In this document: piece by piece, positions 26,270 through 37,005 of the stretch
Layout of the letters: every line of letters starts with the position of its first letter
How positions within the stretch are numbered: the first letter of the stretch is position 1
DNA from: Lama guanicoe
Taxonomy: Eukaryota
Length of the DNA: 64,000 nucleotides
Reading direction: 5' to 3'
NCBI GenBank assembly: GCA_013239625.1
Contig: MU054212.1
Location: forward strand, 7,724,270-7,788,269
Position numbers and translations under genes: made by a program
Notes under the pieces: model-generated
What the model was told of the DNA's origin: nothing
Database searches by the model: none
What the model saw: the letters and a program-made list of their open reading frames with translations, nothing else

Positions 26270-27680
26270 GGGGCAAAAATAATAGTTGACATAATGGTTT
26301 ACTAGTTCTAAAATTTGGTAAGATATATATTTAGATATATTTATAGTTTCCAGATTCTCAGAAAACCAAAAATGGGAAATATATGAAGAAAAACACTCAT
26401 CAGTACATCACAGTCAAAATGATGAAAATTAAAGATTCAGAGAAAATCTAAAGACAGGCAACAGAAAACTCTGAGATAATAGGTATGTGTGGTTGTTTTA
26501 AGCCACTAAATTTAGGGGTAATTTGCTATGCAGCAATAGATAACTTACACAACTATTATAATTGGCCTCTGAATAATTGATAGAACAAATAGAAAAATCA
26601 GGATATAGAAGATTCTAAAAATATTCTCAAGCAATTTGCCCTAAATGTAGTTTATAAAATACTTCTGTCAATAACAGAAGAAAATAAATCTCAGTACATT
26701 TAACAAGATTGAAATCATTCAAAGTATGTTTTCTGTCCACAGTGGAATTAAGGAATCAACAACAGAACAATGTCTGGAAACACCCCTCAAAATAGGGACA
26801 TTAAAATCCGCTTCTAAATAAAAAGATATCACTGGGAAAATTAGAAAAAAAATTTAACTGAATGTAAATGAAAAGCAGTATATAACAGTGAAATTCTGGC
26901 AAAGCAGTGCTTAGAGAAAAAATTATCACATTAAACTCTAACATGGGGGAAGGAAAAAGGTCTCAAGTTAATAATCTAAGTTTCCACCATAAGAAACTAG
27001 AAAAAAATAGTAAATTAAACTCAAATAAACAAAAAGAAGAAATAAAGAGGGAACTCAATAAATAGGAAAACATGATCCCAAAAGAAACAATCAATACAAT
27101 TAAAAGCTGGTTTTTAGAATGGATAAATAAAATCGATAGCCCTTTTAAGACTTACCAAGAATTTACCAAAGAGAAATGAAAATATAGATCGAAAAAAAAA
27201 AACCAACTACGATCAGGCATATTTATTCAAGAGATGAAAATATAGATGCTTGTACAAAAATATTCATACCAGCTTCATTCCTAAATGTTAAATACTGAAA
27301 AAAAAACCCAAATGTCTATCCATAGGGTGTGAATACCCAAATTGTGATATATTTATGCAATGGACTAAACTCAGCAATAAAAAGGAACCAACTCCAGATA
27401 CATACAATGACACTGGCTGTGGTAAATCTCACACACATAATGCTGGGCAAAAAAAGAGACACAAATATATGTATGTACTATGTAATGTCATTTATAGAAA
27501 TTTCTAAAAGAGACCAATCTAATCTGTTGGCATAGGTACTGAAACAGTGATTATCTCCAGGTGGAGGAGGTGGGCAAGGATTTACTGGAAAGGGACACAG
27601 GGGAGTTTTCTTGGTGCCCCGTATCTTGATGGGTGTGGGTGGGTTACATGGGTATATACATTTATCTAAATCATCAGCCT
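26270..27680 (+). mobile_element. Fragmented old L1 (ORF1/ORF2/3' UTR pieces) with an embedded MLT1 3' fragment at ~26465-26550
   Basis: gattgaaatcattcaaagtatgttttctgtccacagtggaatta (L1 endonuclease region); ttttaagccactaaatttaggggtaatttgctatgcagcaatagataac (MLT1 end). Confidence 0.75.
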
Positions 27681-27694
27681 GTTCACTTATGATC

Positions 27695-27741
27695 AGAGAG
27701 ACAGAAAGGGAGAGGAGGCAGGACAGAGAGAGAGAGAGAGA
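27695..27741. repeat. (GA)n-rich simple repeat
   Basis: cagagagagagagagagaga. Confidence 0.85.
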
Positions 27742-30700
27742 ATATGAAGGGACAAAGCCAAGAAAAGAAAAAGTGCTGGTCAGCATCTTGGGGGAAAAAA
27801 TTATAATCTAGACCAGGTCAAAAGCAGAGAGGCGTTACAAAACAAGACCAGCCTGGAAAACGCTAAGGTAAGAAGGTGCAGCCTCTAGAGAATGGACAAG
27901 TGCCCCCAGGGATGAACAGCCTTTACTTGCTCTGCATCTAAACACTTGCACTTGTGTGTGTAACATCTATGTTATACATAACCACACTGGCTTTAAGGAT
28001 GTATGTGTGAGAACCAAATTAAGACCTGTAAAGCACCCTAAACACAGACAAGACTACGGTATTCTGTTTTACCTGCCCCCATTGTGTAATTCCCAAACTA
28101 AAACTGTATTAACCATAGATTGAAATATTTGTGGATGAATATAGATGATATCTAGGATGCGCTTCAGAATAACATTGGTGGAGGGACGAATGGGTGCGTG
28201 GAAGAGTCTGGCCACGGGTAATAACCGCCACAGCTGGATGCAGGGCATCATTATACACGTTCGAAAGAAAGTTAAAGAAAACCTTAGTAACCATAAAATA
28301 AGTGTGCTAAGGCCAGTGAAGTTTTTATTTACTCTTCATGAATAACTACTTTAAAGCTTTAAAAAAAATCTTCTAACTGTTCTAATGCCCCATTGTTAAT
28401 GTTAAAAGCCCACAGACAGGGTACCTACTGGCAGCCATTGTCTTATCTCAGGGAGGTTTGACGGGTTAAAGATGCCCCAGGGGCACTGCAAATAAAAGCT
28501 CAGAGAGGGGGCCAAATCCTTGGTCACTGCCTAGGAAGCAGCGTTCCAGCTAACAGAAGAGGGGACCAGAAACTTTTCACATCAGATGAGGCAGAGGTAG
28601 CATTGGAACAGGTCTTAGTATACTTAGTTCTTTTTTCATTCAGGACATGAAGAAAATTATCATTGAGAAACAGAAGATAATTTTAGAAAATGAAAACTAA
28701 GGCAGCAAATGTGAGTTTCCCACACACTACTGACTACAGACTGCAGCGCTTTGATAGTATCTATTGTTAAATGAATGTGTTTAGTATATATTAGGCAATT
28801 TAAAAATATTTTCAGTTGTTGAAATAATTTGTTCATTTTCTCTGAGCAAATATAAGCCTTCTATAGTCGTGATGAGCATATAATTTGAAAAATAAATCAG
28901 CTGAAATTTTTAGATTATCAAAAATTTACAACAGTGAGAAAAATACCAATGAAAGAAAATCTTTTTTACTTAAATACCTACACATTTGGTTTTTTTTTAA
29001 AGTGTCTTAAAGTAAGAAAGAAAATCAAATTTCCCCCAAATGAATGATACTCCAGTAATCGTTTTCGGTTAAGATAGAAATTTATGAGATCAAAGGTAGA
29101 GTAAAATTACTCCTTGCAACTAAACAACAAGCCAATTTTTAAATTCTTATTCGTTCATAGATATACAGGAAAGATTTCTGTTATCAAAGTTTACATCACT
29201 ATTATAAAAAATGTAAAGCTGTACTAGGAATATATATCTAAAGACTTGGAAATGCATGCAGATTTATCATAAACAGGAAGCGAAGACGTTACTCTTACAG
29301 TTGGGGGAACATCACGTCAAAATAGTAACCTATTTTCAGTTAATCAACAAAGCAATCCAGTATTTACGGGATAACGACAAGATGCTACGAAATGTTCAAG
29401 AGATGTACAGGATAAGGAGTTCACAACTCTGATGACGGAGACAGTCTAGACCTCTAATACACATGAAGTGATTAGGCAACAACACACTATGTGAATAGGT
29501 GTCAAGACAGGCTTTCCACAAGTTAAGTCTCTCCTATGAGTTCAGAGAGGATTGAAAACACCAGCTGGAGAATGAACTTTTGATGATGGTAACAACAGGA
29601 CAGAAAGAATCTGGAATAGAATCCTTGATTTAGGCACTGCATGCAACCCTTAAAGTATTCACTCTACTTCTACTATAATAGAAGTAAATTGTTTCTATTG
29701 TCTTTGAAATAATAAACAGAAGGCCTTAAAATATCCACTGTTTCCTTTAACATAAACTGTGAAATATTTTTGAAATGCTAAGAGTCTCTTCCTCGAAGCA
29801 TTTAAGACACAGATAGAGACCAGTGGGATTACAATCATTTTTCTTTGTTAAACTGAAGAGATATCATTACAAAGGGAAGTACACTGCCCTGATATTGACT
29901 GCAAGATGTAAATGAGTATCTTTACATGTGCGTAGTTCCATCACCCCAAAATTTAGGGAGTTTTTTTTAAGTATACAAAGAGAAAGGTTTCTGTACCCCA
30001 ATAGCACACGAGTCACACAGGGTATCCAGTTCAGCTTGCTTATATAAAATACACCAAAACGTGTTCTGCCAAAGGTACTTACAACCTTAAAAGAATTATT
30101 TCCACGCGCGGCATCGTGCCAGAGGTAGAAGTTTTTAATTTTCCTCACCAACATCCTCGTCTTACACCTACAACTATTCTCCAAGCTCCTCTTATACGAA
30201 ACAAACATGCTTGATTCTCCAGTGAGGAAAAAAAAATAGGAATGTTTTCATCATGACGCCTGTCCTTGAGAATCTTAAAATGCTTTTGAGTTCTGTGCAA
30301 ACAATAACAACTTCAAAATCAGGGAACTTTCATGTGTGTCCAGTGAGCGGCACAAACAATGCTGACCCTAGGTTAGGAATTGGCTATACAATATAAGGCA
30401 TCTGGTTTTGATAAAATATTGTAAAATCTGTGCTATTCCTGTTCCTTTCTGACAGCCTGATTGACATAAAAAAGAGAAAAGGAAAAGTAATATGTAAACG
30501 AAATAGCATTGAAATCACGTAGAAAGTTCAAGCTGATCTGGTGATGCAGGTCACTGACCAAAAGGAGGAAAGGACAGAAGAATCATTCATGATATTTGCA
30601 GACTGAAGAAAATACATGCATCTTAATTAACAAAGCAAAGTTTCATATTATCACCTCATGGGAATACTCTTTGAACTATCTCAAAATGTATCTTCTAAAA

Positions 30701-32035
30701 CGTAAAACACCAGTATTTTCAATAATAAATTTTAATTCTGGATCTACCTGTGATCTACTTTTGATTTGCTATACATTTTAAAGATTACAATTTGATGTAT
30801 TTAGTCTCATCTCTACCCCCACCTTTTTTTTCATTTAGTTTTCCATTATAAAATACAAAACTTCACAGCATCAAATAAATTATATGGTATTTACTATACG
30901 GATTAAGTTTTAAATTAAAACATGTGCTTGTTAACAGAGTTCCCGACAGTCTATAGGAGATTCCGGCTGTGTCTATATGATATGTAAAGAATCATTTCAG
31001 TGGGAAATAATTAAATTAGACAAATGATTTCACATACATAAAAGTGTTTTGACTAAGCTTTCCACTTTGTAACGGGTTTCTTTGGTGTCATTAAAAAACC
31101 ATTAGGTTTTATTTAGAAATCATCAAGGGAAAATTTGACATTTCCCTGAGATAATGTGGATAGCTATTCAGATAACTCATTTTCAATAAATAGCACTTTT
31201 TTTGTCCTTAGTTATTTGGATTGGTCATCTGCATCGATCAGATTTATTTTTATTGATGTTTCTGACTTATTCAATATTATTCTGGGTTACACGTATCAAG
31301 GTATTTTGTTATTCTTGGGCAAAACAAAAACATTCAGCCTCCAAGCAATTAAAAATAGAGTCAGAACAGTTTTAGCAGCAGAGTAGACTGTAAGCACCTT
31401 CTGAAAAGCTGTACTCTCAGCTGGCTTTTTTGCACTGTCTCCAGTGACCGTACACTTTGGATCTATCTAAAACATCTGTGTTCTGTTTATGGTCCACTGA
31501 GAAAATAAATTCCCCCAGGAGTAAAGGGCACACTGGTGTGATGCCTTTGAGAGGTGCAAACCACCATAATATGTGTTTAATGAATTGCCATGATGAGGTG
31601 GAATCATAGCAATTTAAAATGGCTGCAGATTTGTTTGTTCTAACCCTAGGAAACAAAGTCGACTTCACCGCTTAAACTTGTTCTTAGGCTCTGTTCTCCC
31701 CTTTGGTCCATCCGGGGAGAATGCAAACAACATTTCTCCCAAGGATGTTAGTCAGACAGGAAGATCAGCCAAGGAGGCGCTGAGTTACGAGGAGCAGCTG
31801 AGGTACCAGGCACTCGGTCCAGGTGAGGGGGCAGGGGACACGGGCAGATGAAAGGAAGAATACCTTTGCTCTCCTGGACTTGCAATTACCCCCTAACAGG
31901 TGACAGGAGTGTGCCTCAATGCAGAACCTCTCAAGCAAGCAGATACTGACTTTAACATTATAAACGTCATCTTGAAGTGAGATGCGGAGAGTAAATGAAC
32001 ACCGAGCTTACATCCCTTCAATTTTCAGGATTGCT

Positions 32036-32305
32036 TGTAATAGAAAAGAACAAACCTGACTCCATATTAGATCCGTTCCTTTGGCTTTAACCCTGTGCCC
32101 TGTTTTCTAGACTTAGTCCTGCTAGCTCTGCACCTTTTAGAAAAGAATGTTGTCGTTAGCCTGAAATATGTGGAAAGCTCATTCTTAGGGCTCTGAGCTT
32201 TAAGGATATTAACACTTTTGCATTTATATAAAGATAACAAGTTGTAGAATAGAAAATTCATTGGCCTGTCATGCAGTGAGCAGAAGGAGTTTGGACTCGG
32301 TAACA
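32036..32305 (+). mobile_element. Internally deleted ERV1-class solo LTR (same family as 9540-10059)
   Basis: TG...CA ends, TSD tgct/ggct; aligns by eye with both ends of the 9540 copy. Confidence 0.8.
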
Positions 32306-34189
32306 GGCTGAGGTCACAATTTACACATTTCAGAGGAGGTCAGAAGGCCATGTTCTACCTGAGGCTGATGAGTTCCAAAGTAGTGGTATCTTGAAATACC
32401 AGAGAACAGCAAAGTCGGGGTCTGACTGTCCTTGGGAGCCAGATAGAGGGTGGGACTTTCACAGGAAGAGCGAACATTGGGGGGAGAAAAGGACAGTAAT
32501 AAAATTTGCCCACTTCATAATTCTGCCCAAGGCCCACTACAATACAGTGACCATTGTGATTTGACCTGTGGCCATTCTCGTTTTAACTGTAAACTATTTT
32601 CAAACTCAAGAAATTATAAGAGCAGAATAGCAAATATCAGTAAATTATTTTCCTTGGTGAGGAGAGCCTTAAATAGTATGAACTATAAGTACGTGTGCAT
32701 AGCCCTAGTGTAAAATATTTTTTCCTAGATGAAAGTATTCTGCTACAAATGGCTAGTGATGGTTGAGCCACTGGAGTTGTAATGCATTCATGAAACACAT
32801 GTTATACTCATCAAACCTAAATATATCTCTGATTAAAACAAATCCTGCCAAGGGTAGGCAGATCAAAAGGAAAATGCTCTTGATTTAGTGTTGTTCAATT
32901 TAGGCCTCCACTCCTCGTGTAGAAATCTCCCAGAGATCCAGCAAAGCCATTAGAGTCGGCTACTTGCTAACCCTTCTAGTTGAACGCCAACAGTCGGTGT
33001 AAAATCCTGGATTATAAATCGCTGTTGCGATCTATGCCCAGGAATCTGTCTAGGTGAACTGTTTATGAGGATTGGAGGAAGGTGCACTGAGCAACATCAC
33101 TGGGGCTGACTGATCACAAAAGATAAACGATATTTCCAAAACAAAGGGTGAGAATGTTCAGCACTTCTCCATTCAGTGTATAAAAAATTAAGGAGGATGA
33201 TTATGTCCTTTTGAAATGAAAACCAACAAGGTGCCCGCCTCTGAATATTATTAGGCTTAATGGAGATTGTGAGAAAAGCACTTCGAAAAATCTGAAGTGC
33301 TTTAAAAGATACTATTATTACTATTATTTTCCTTTAAATATTGCAAGCTCAACTCTCTAATGCCCACTTTAACATAGGTTTGCCTTTGGTTTCCCATGTA
33401 CCTTCCTGAATGTCAGTGTTAATTTCTGCTTAAAAATGTTAAATACATCTTGGCTATTTGACCCCACTATTATTTTCATTATTACATCATATTGATAGAT
33501 CAGTCTATTTTTTTTCTTCTAGTAGGTCCTGTCCAGAATTATTAAAATTGAGATCATTCAGGGTAGCCCCTGCAGGACTAACACCCGGATTCTTTACCAT
33601 TAAATTCCAGTAAGCTTATCAAAAAGTAACATTTGATAACAAGAAAGTTTATGATTTCTGTTTTCCATGTAGTAAAATTTGGAAAACTTTTGCTTTCACT
33701 TGAAAGTTGATCCTCTTTTCCTTCTCTTATTTTTTTTCTCTCCTTCTCTCCCTCTTGTAATTTCTTAATTCCCATTTTTTTCTTCCCCTTCCCCCACCTC
33801 TTTTCTCTGCTCTCTTTTCTGCCTTCTCTTTGATTTACCTCACGACATTTCTCCTCTTTGGATTAGTAGAAGTCTGGTTAGTGGCTGAATTTTCCTATAT
33901 ACACTTGCACAAAGGCTACCCACCGAGCGCTCTTTGTGAGAACCTCTGCAATATTAAAAAAAAAATCCCCATTTAGCATTTATGTGAGTATGGTGCATGT
34001 AAGTCAAGGGCAAAATGATGCATTACCTTGAACACTGAGATACTCTGAGGGTCAAAGACAGATTAAAATATGGAACACAAAGACAGATGAAATAATTTTG
34101 ACATGGAACAGAAATTTAGTAGGTGAAAAGGAGTGTGATAATTTACAACAGCAAAAATAATAAAGTGTTTCACCTGCAGACCATTCACC

Positions 34190-34340
34190 ATACCTATTTC
34201 TTTCTCCCTATCTATCTATCTAGTCCCAGCAACTAGATGTAAACTGATGGAGGACAAGCTCTTTGTGTTAAACTCCTTTATATCCTTCAAAACATAGCAC
34301 AGCTCTTCATATATACCAGGCACTTAAAAGGTGTTTGAGT
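34190..34340 (+). mobile_element. L2 3' end
   Basis: actagatgtaaactgatggaggacaag...atagcacag...caggcacttaaaaggtgtttgagtgaa. Confidence 0.6.
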
Positions 34341-34679
34341 GAAATATAGAAATCATTATGAATTTGGTGGCTACACCCAAAACATTGAAAACACTGCTAT
34401 TGAAGTTTAAACAATTCAAATGAACATGAATACACACACACAACGCCCCCCAAAAAAGGAAAGAAAGAAAATAAATGAGATTAGAGCTACAGACAAATAC
34501 ACAAGAGCAAGTATATGAAAATCCACACATAGAGAAAAAGTAATTAATTAATTTTCAATCACAGGTCACTTAAAAATAATCAAAAAATCTTCGTTATTAT
34601 CAGTACCTTAAGTTTCCAGGCATTGATTGTAGTGCATTAGTAACCCGGGAGTAGCTGTTCAATTAATATTTATAGTGAC

Positions 34680-34850
34680 ATACTGACTCACGTGAACTTG
34701 GAGAAGGCATGTTATCTTACCTATGCCTGTGTGTCTCTGAAGTGACAGTGCTAGTTGCCTTCTCAGCCACCTCCTCTGCAAAGACGTTCTGCAAATAAAT
34801 GAGGTAATGTTTGGGAAATGTTTGCAGCTTGCGAAAGAAACCCACTGCAC
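34680..34850 (+). mobile_element. Diverged MIR fragment
   Basis: ttctgcaaataaatgaggtaatgtttgggaaatgtttg. Confidence 0.45.
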
Positions 34851-35200
34851 ACCATCTCAGATATTGTGACTATTCCATACTCAAGCCTGGTCTATTATTG
34901 CCTGTTTTAAATTGAAATTGTACTGTTTGAGTCCTTGGGTTCTGACCAAAATCTGGGTCAACATAAGAAGATGGTAATTTTAAATTTCAATTCTGAGGCT
35001 CTGTTCACATCCCTTGCACGTGTGAGGGCCAACTGTAAAAATAAACAAAGCACATAAATCAAGCTTGGGAAGAGAAAAATCTTTATCCGGAAGGGTTTTG
35101 TGGGTTTTTTTTCCCTCTTTCCCAATGAAGAGCGTGAACACTGGATTTCCCTGGAAGAATATTTCGGCCCAGGAAGGAGGATAGTGCAGGCAGTGTGAGA

Positions 35201-35257
35201 GCGTGTGTGCGTGTGTGTGCATGCGTGTGTATGTGTGTGTGTGCTGTGCGTGCGCGC
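35201..35257. repeat. (TG/CG)n alternating purine-pyrimidine tract upstream of the promoter
   Basis: gcgtgtgtgcgtgtgtgtgcatgcgtgtgtatgtgtgtgtgtgc, then tgtgcgtgcgcgc. Confidence 0.9.
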
Positions 35258-35289
35258 CCGCGGAGAGAGGGGCGGGGGAGGCGGATGAG

Positions 35290-35515
35290 GAGGATGAGAT
35301 CATAGTTTCAGGATCCTCAGGAAACCCTGGTACTGGCAGCAGCCAGCCTCTGCTGTGCCCACATGACCCACAACTCTGGCAGCGGACCCGGCACTTCCAA
35401 CATTATTAAATAATAAGAAAGCGGCTCCTACTCCGTGCCCAAACCTCCCTGCAGACCGGTGGACACCTTCTAAGAGTTTGGCGAGTCGGTGACTGAGGCG
35501 CCCGTCCATTCCAAG
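35290..35515 (+). other. DTNA: Non-coding first (5' UTR) exon, probably of dystrobrevin alpha; 5' boundary/TSS approximate
   Basis: Lies at the 5' edge of a CpG island, after a GC box, and ends in splice donor AAG|GTGTGT (GT at 35516-35517). The sequence GGACACCTTCTAAGAGTTTGGCGAGTCGGTGACTGAGGCGCCCGTCCATTCCAAG matches my recollection of the mammalian DTNA mRNA 5' UTR (not verified by alignment). No long ATG-initiated ORF. Confidence 0.7.
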
Positions 35516-35861
35516 GTGTGTGCAAGGCGTTTTCTTCCCTGACAGCGCCGGAGTGGGGGCGGGGGCGGGGCTGGAGGGGGTCCGCGGGGCGTGCGAGGAG
35601 GGGGCGCGGGGCCGGGCTGCCCCGCGTTGCCCCCCGGCCGCCCGCTGCCGCGGAGCCAGCCGCCAGGCGGGAGATGCCCGTGACGCGCCGCCCCAGCTGC
35701 GCAGGGACCGCAGCGCCCACGGCGCCGGGGCGCGGGCACGGGAGTCTCGGCCGCCAGAGCAAGGGCAGGCGCCGCGCACCGGCAAAGTCGAGAGTGGAAG
35801 CGGGCGGCGGGCGGCGGGCGCCGGCGGGAGGGGGCCTCGCCCCCACGCCCACTCGCGGGGC

Positions 35862-36271
35862 NNNNNNNNNNNNNNNNNNNNNNNNNNNNNNNNNNNNNNN
35901 NNNNNNNNNNNNNNNNNNNNNNNNNNNNNNNNNNNNNNNNNNNNNNNNNNNNNNNNNNNNNNNNNNNNNNNNNNNNNNNNNNNNNNNNNNNNNNNNNNNN
36001 NNNNNNNNNNNNNNNNNNNNNNNNNNNNNNNNNNNNNNNNNNNNNNNNNNNNNNNNNNNNNNNNNNNNNNNNNNNNNNNNNNNNNNNNNNNNNNNNNNNN
36101 NNNNNNNNNNNNNNNNNNNNNNNNNNNNNNNNNNNNNNNNNNNNNNNNNNNNNNNNNNNNNNNNNNNNNNNNNNNNNNNNNNNNNNNNNNNNNNNNNNNN
36201 NNNNNNNNNNNNNNNNNNNNNNNNNNNNNNNNNNNNNNNNNNNNNNNNNNNNNNNNNNNNNNNNNNNNNNN
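35862..36271. other. Assembly gap (410 N)
   Basis: Run of N inside the CpG island. Confidence 1.
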
Positions 36272-36869
36272 GCGGGGCTCCGGGGCGCGCGGGGCCGGGG
36301 GGAGGGGGGAGCGTCTTCGGCTTTTGTAGCCTGTTGCCCACTTCGGAGTTTTCCGCTGGACGTTGGGCGCACGGGAGGTTGGTTCTGGTACCCGAGTGGG
36401 CCGTGGCGAGGTGTCTGTCAAAAGACCAAAGCCAAGGAGACAAGAGGGGTGGCGGTGCTGGGCTCAGGGTACCGTGCCCGGGGCTGGGGAGTAAAACTTT
36501 CCTCTTCGGCAGGCTTGGTCCATGGCTTATGAGAAAGTAGCTGTAAAACTGGGTGGGCGTGGGGGTAGTGGATGTACTCTGGCCGTGAAGTTCACCACCA
36601 TTCACTTGGTTCTTCGTTGCTCTAAAAATTGATCTTTTGAGTTGATGTTTCTGCTCAAGTTTCCTGTTATCGGTTGTGATCACTGCGTATTTAATGCATG
36701 TTGTTTCCTTTTGATCATAGCAGTAGCCTCTATTGTTGAGGTATACATCATTTCTTTTACAAAAAAGACTTATTTTGCCTATTCCAAATGTAGAAACTTT
36801 AGAGAGAAAACACAAACCAACCAGTTTTCCACACATTCCAGAGACAGTTCTATAAACTTCAGCTTTATT

Positions 36870-37005
36870 CACTCACTTAATTCTTACACCGTAAGATGTA
36901 GATAATAATACTGTCCACCTTTTAGAGATGAGGAAATCCAGACACAGAGAGGTGAAATAATTTACTCAAGGTCATAGTTATTAAATGTTAGAGCCCAGCT
37001 GAATT
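36870..37005 (-). mobile_element. MIR SINE
   Basis: ccaccttttagagatgaggaaatccagacacagagaggtgaaataatttactcaaggtcatag. Confidence 0.8.

Larger units (their letters stand above)
35240..36520. promoter_or_regulatory. CpG island / promoter
   Basis: Abrupt shift to very high GC with dense CpG in an otherwise CpG-poor AT-rich window; GGGGCGGGG Sp/KLF boxes at ~35269-35277 and 35556-35570. Confidence 0.92.

Noticed and set aside
35300..36872. Long ORFs (269-488 aa) on both strands over the CpG island
   Set aside because: They run through 410 N and GC-rich, stop-poor DNA; the translations are low-complexity P/R/A/G with no recognisable domain.
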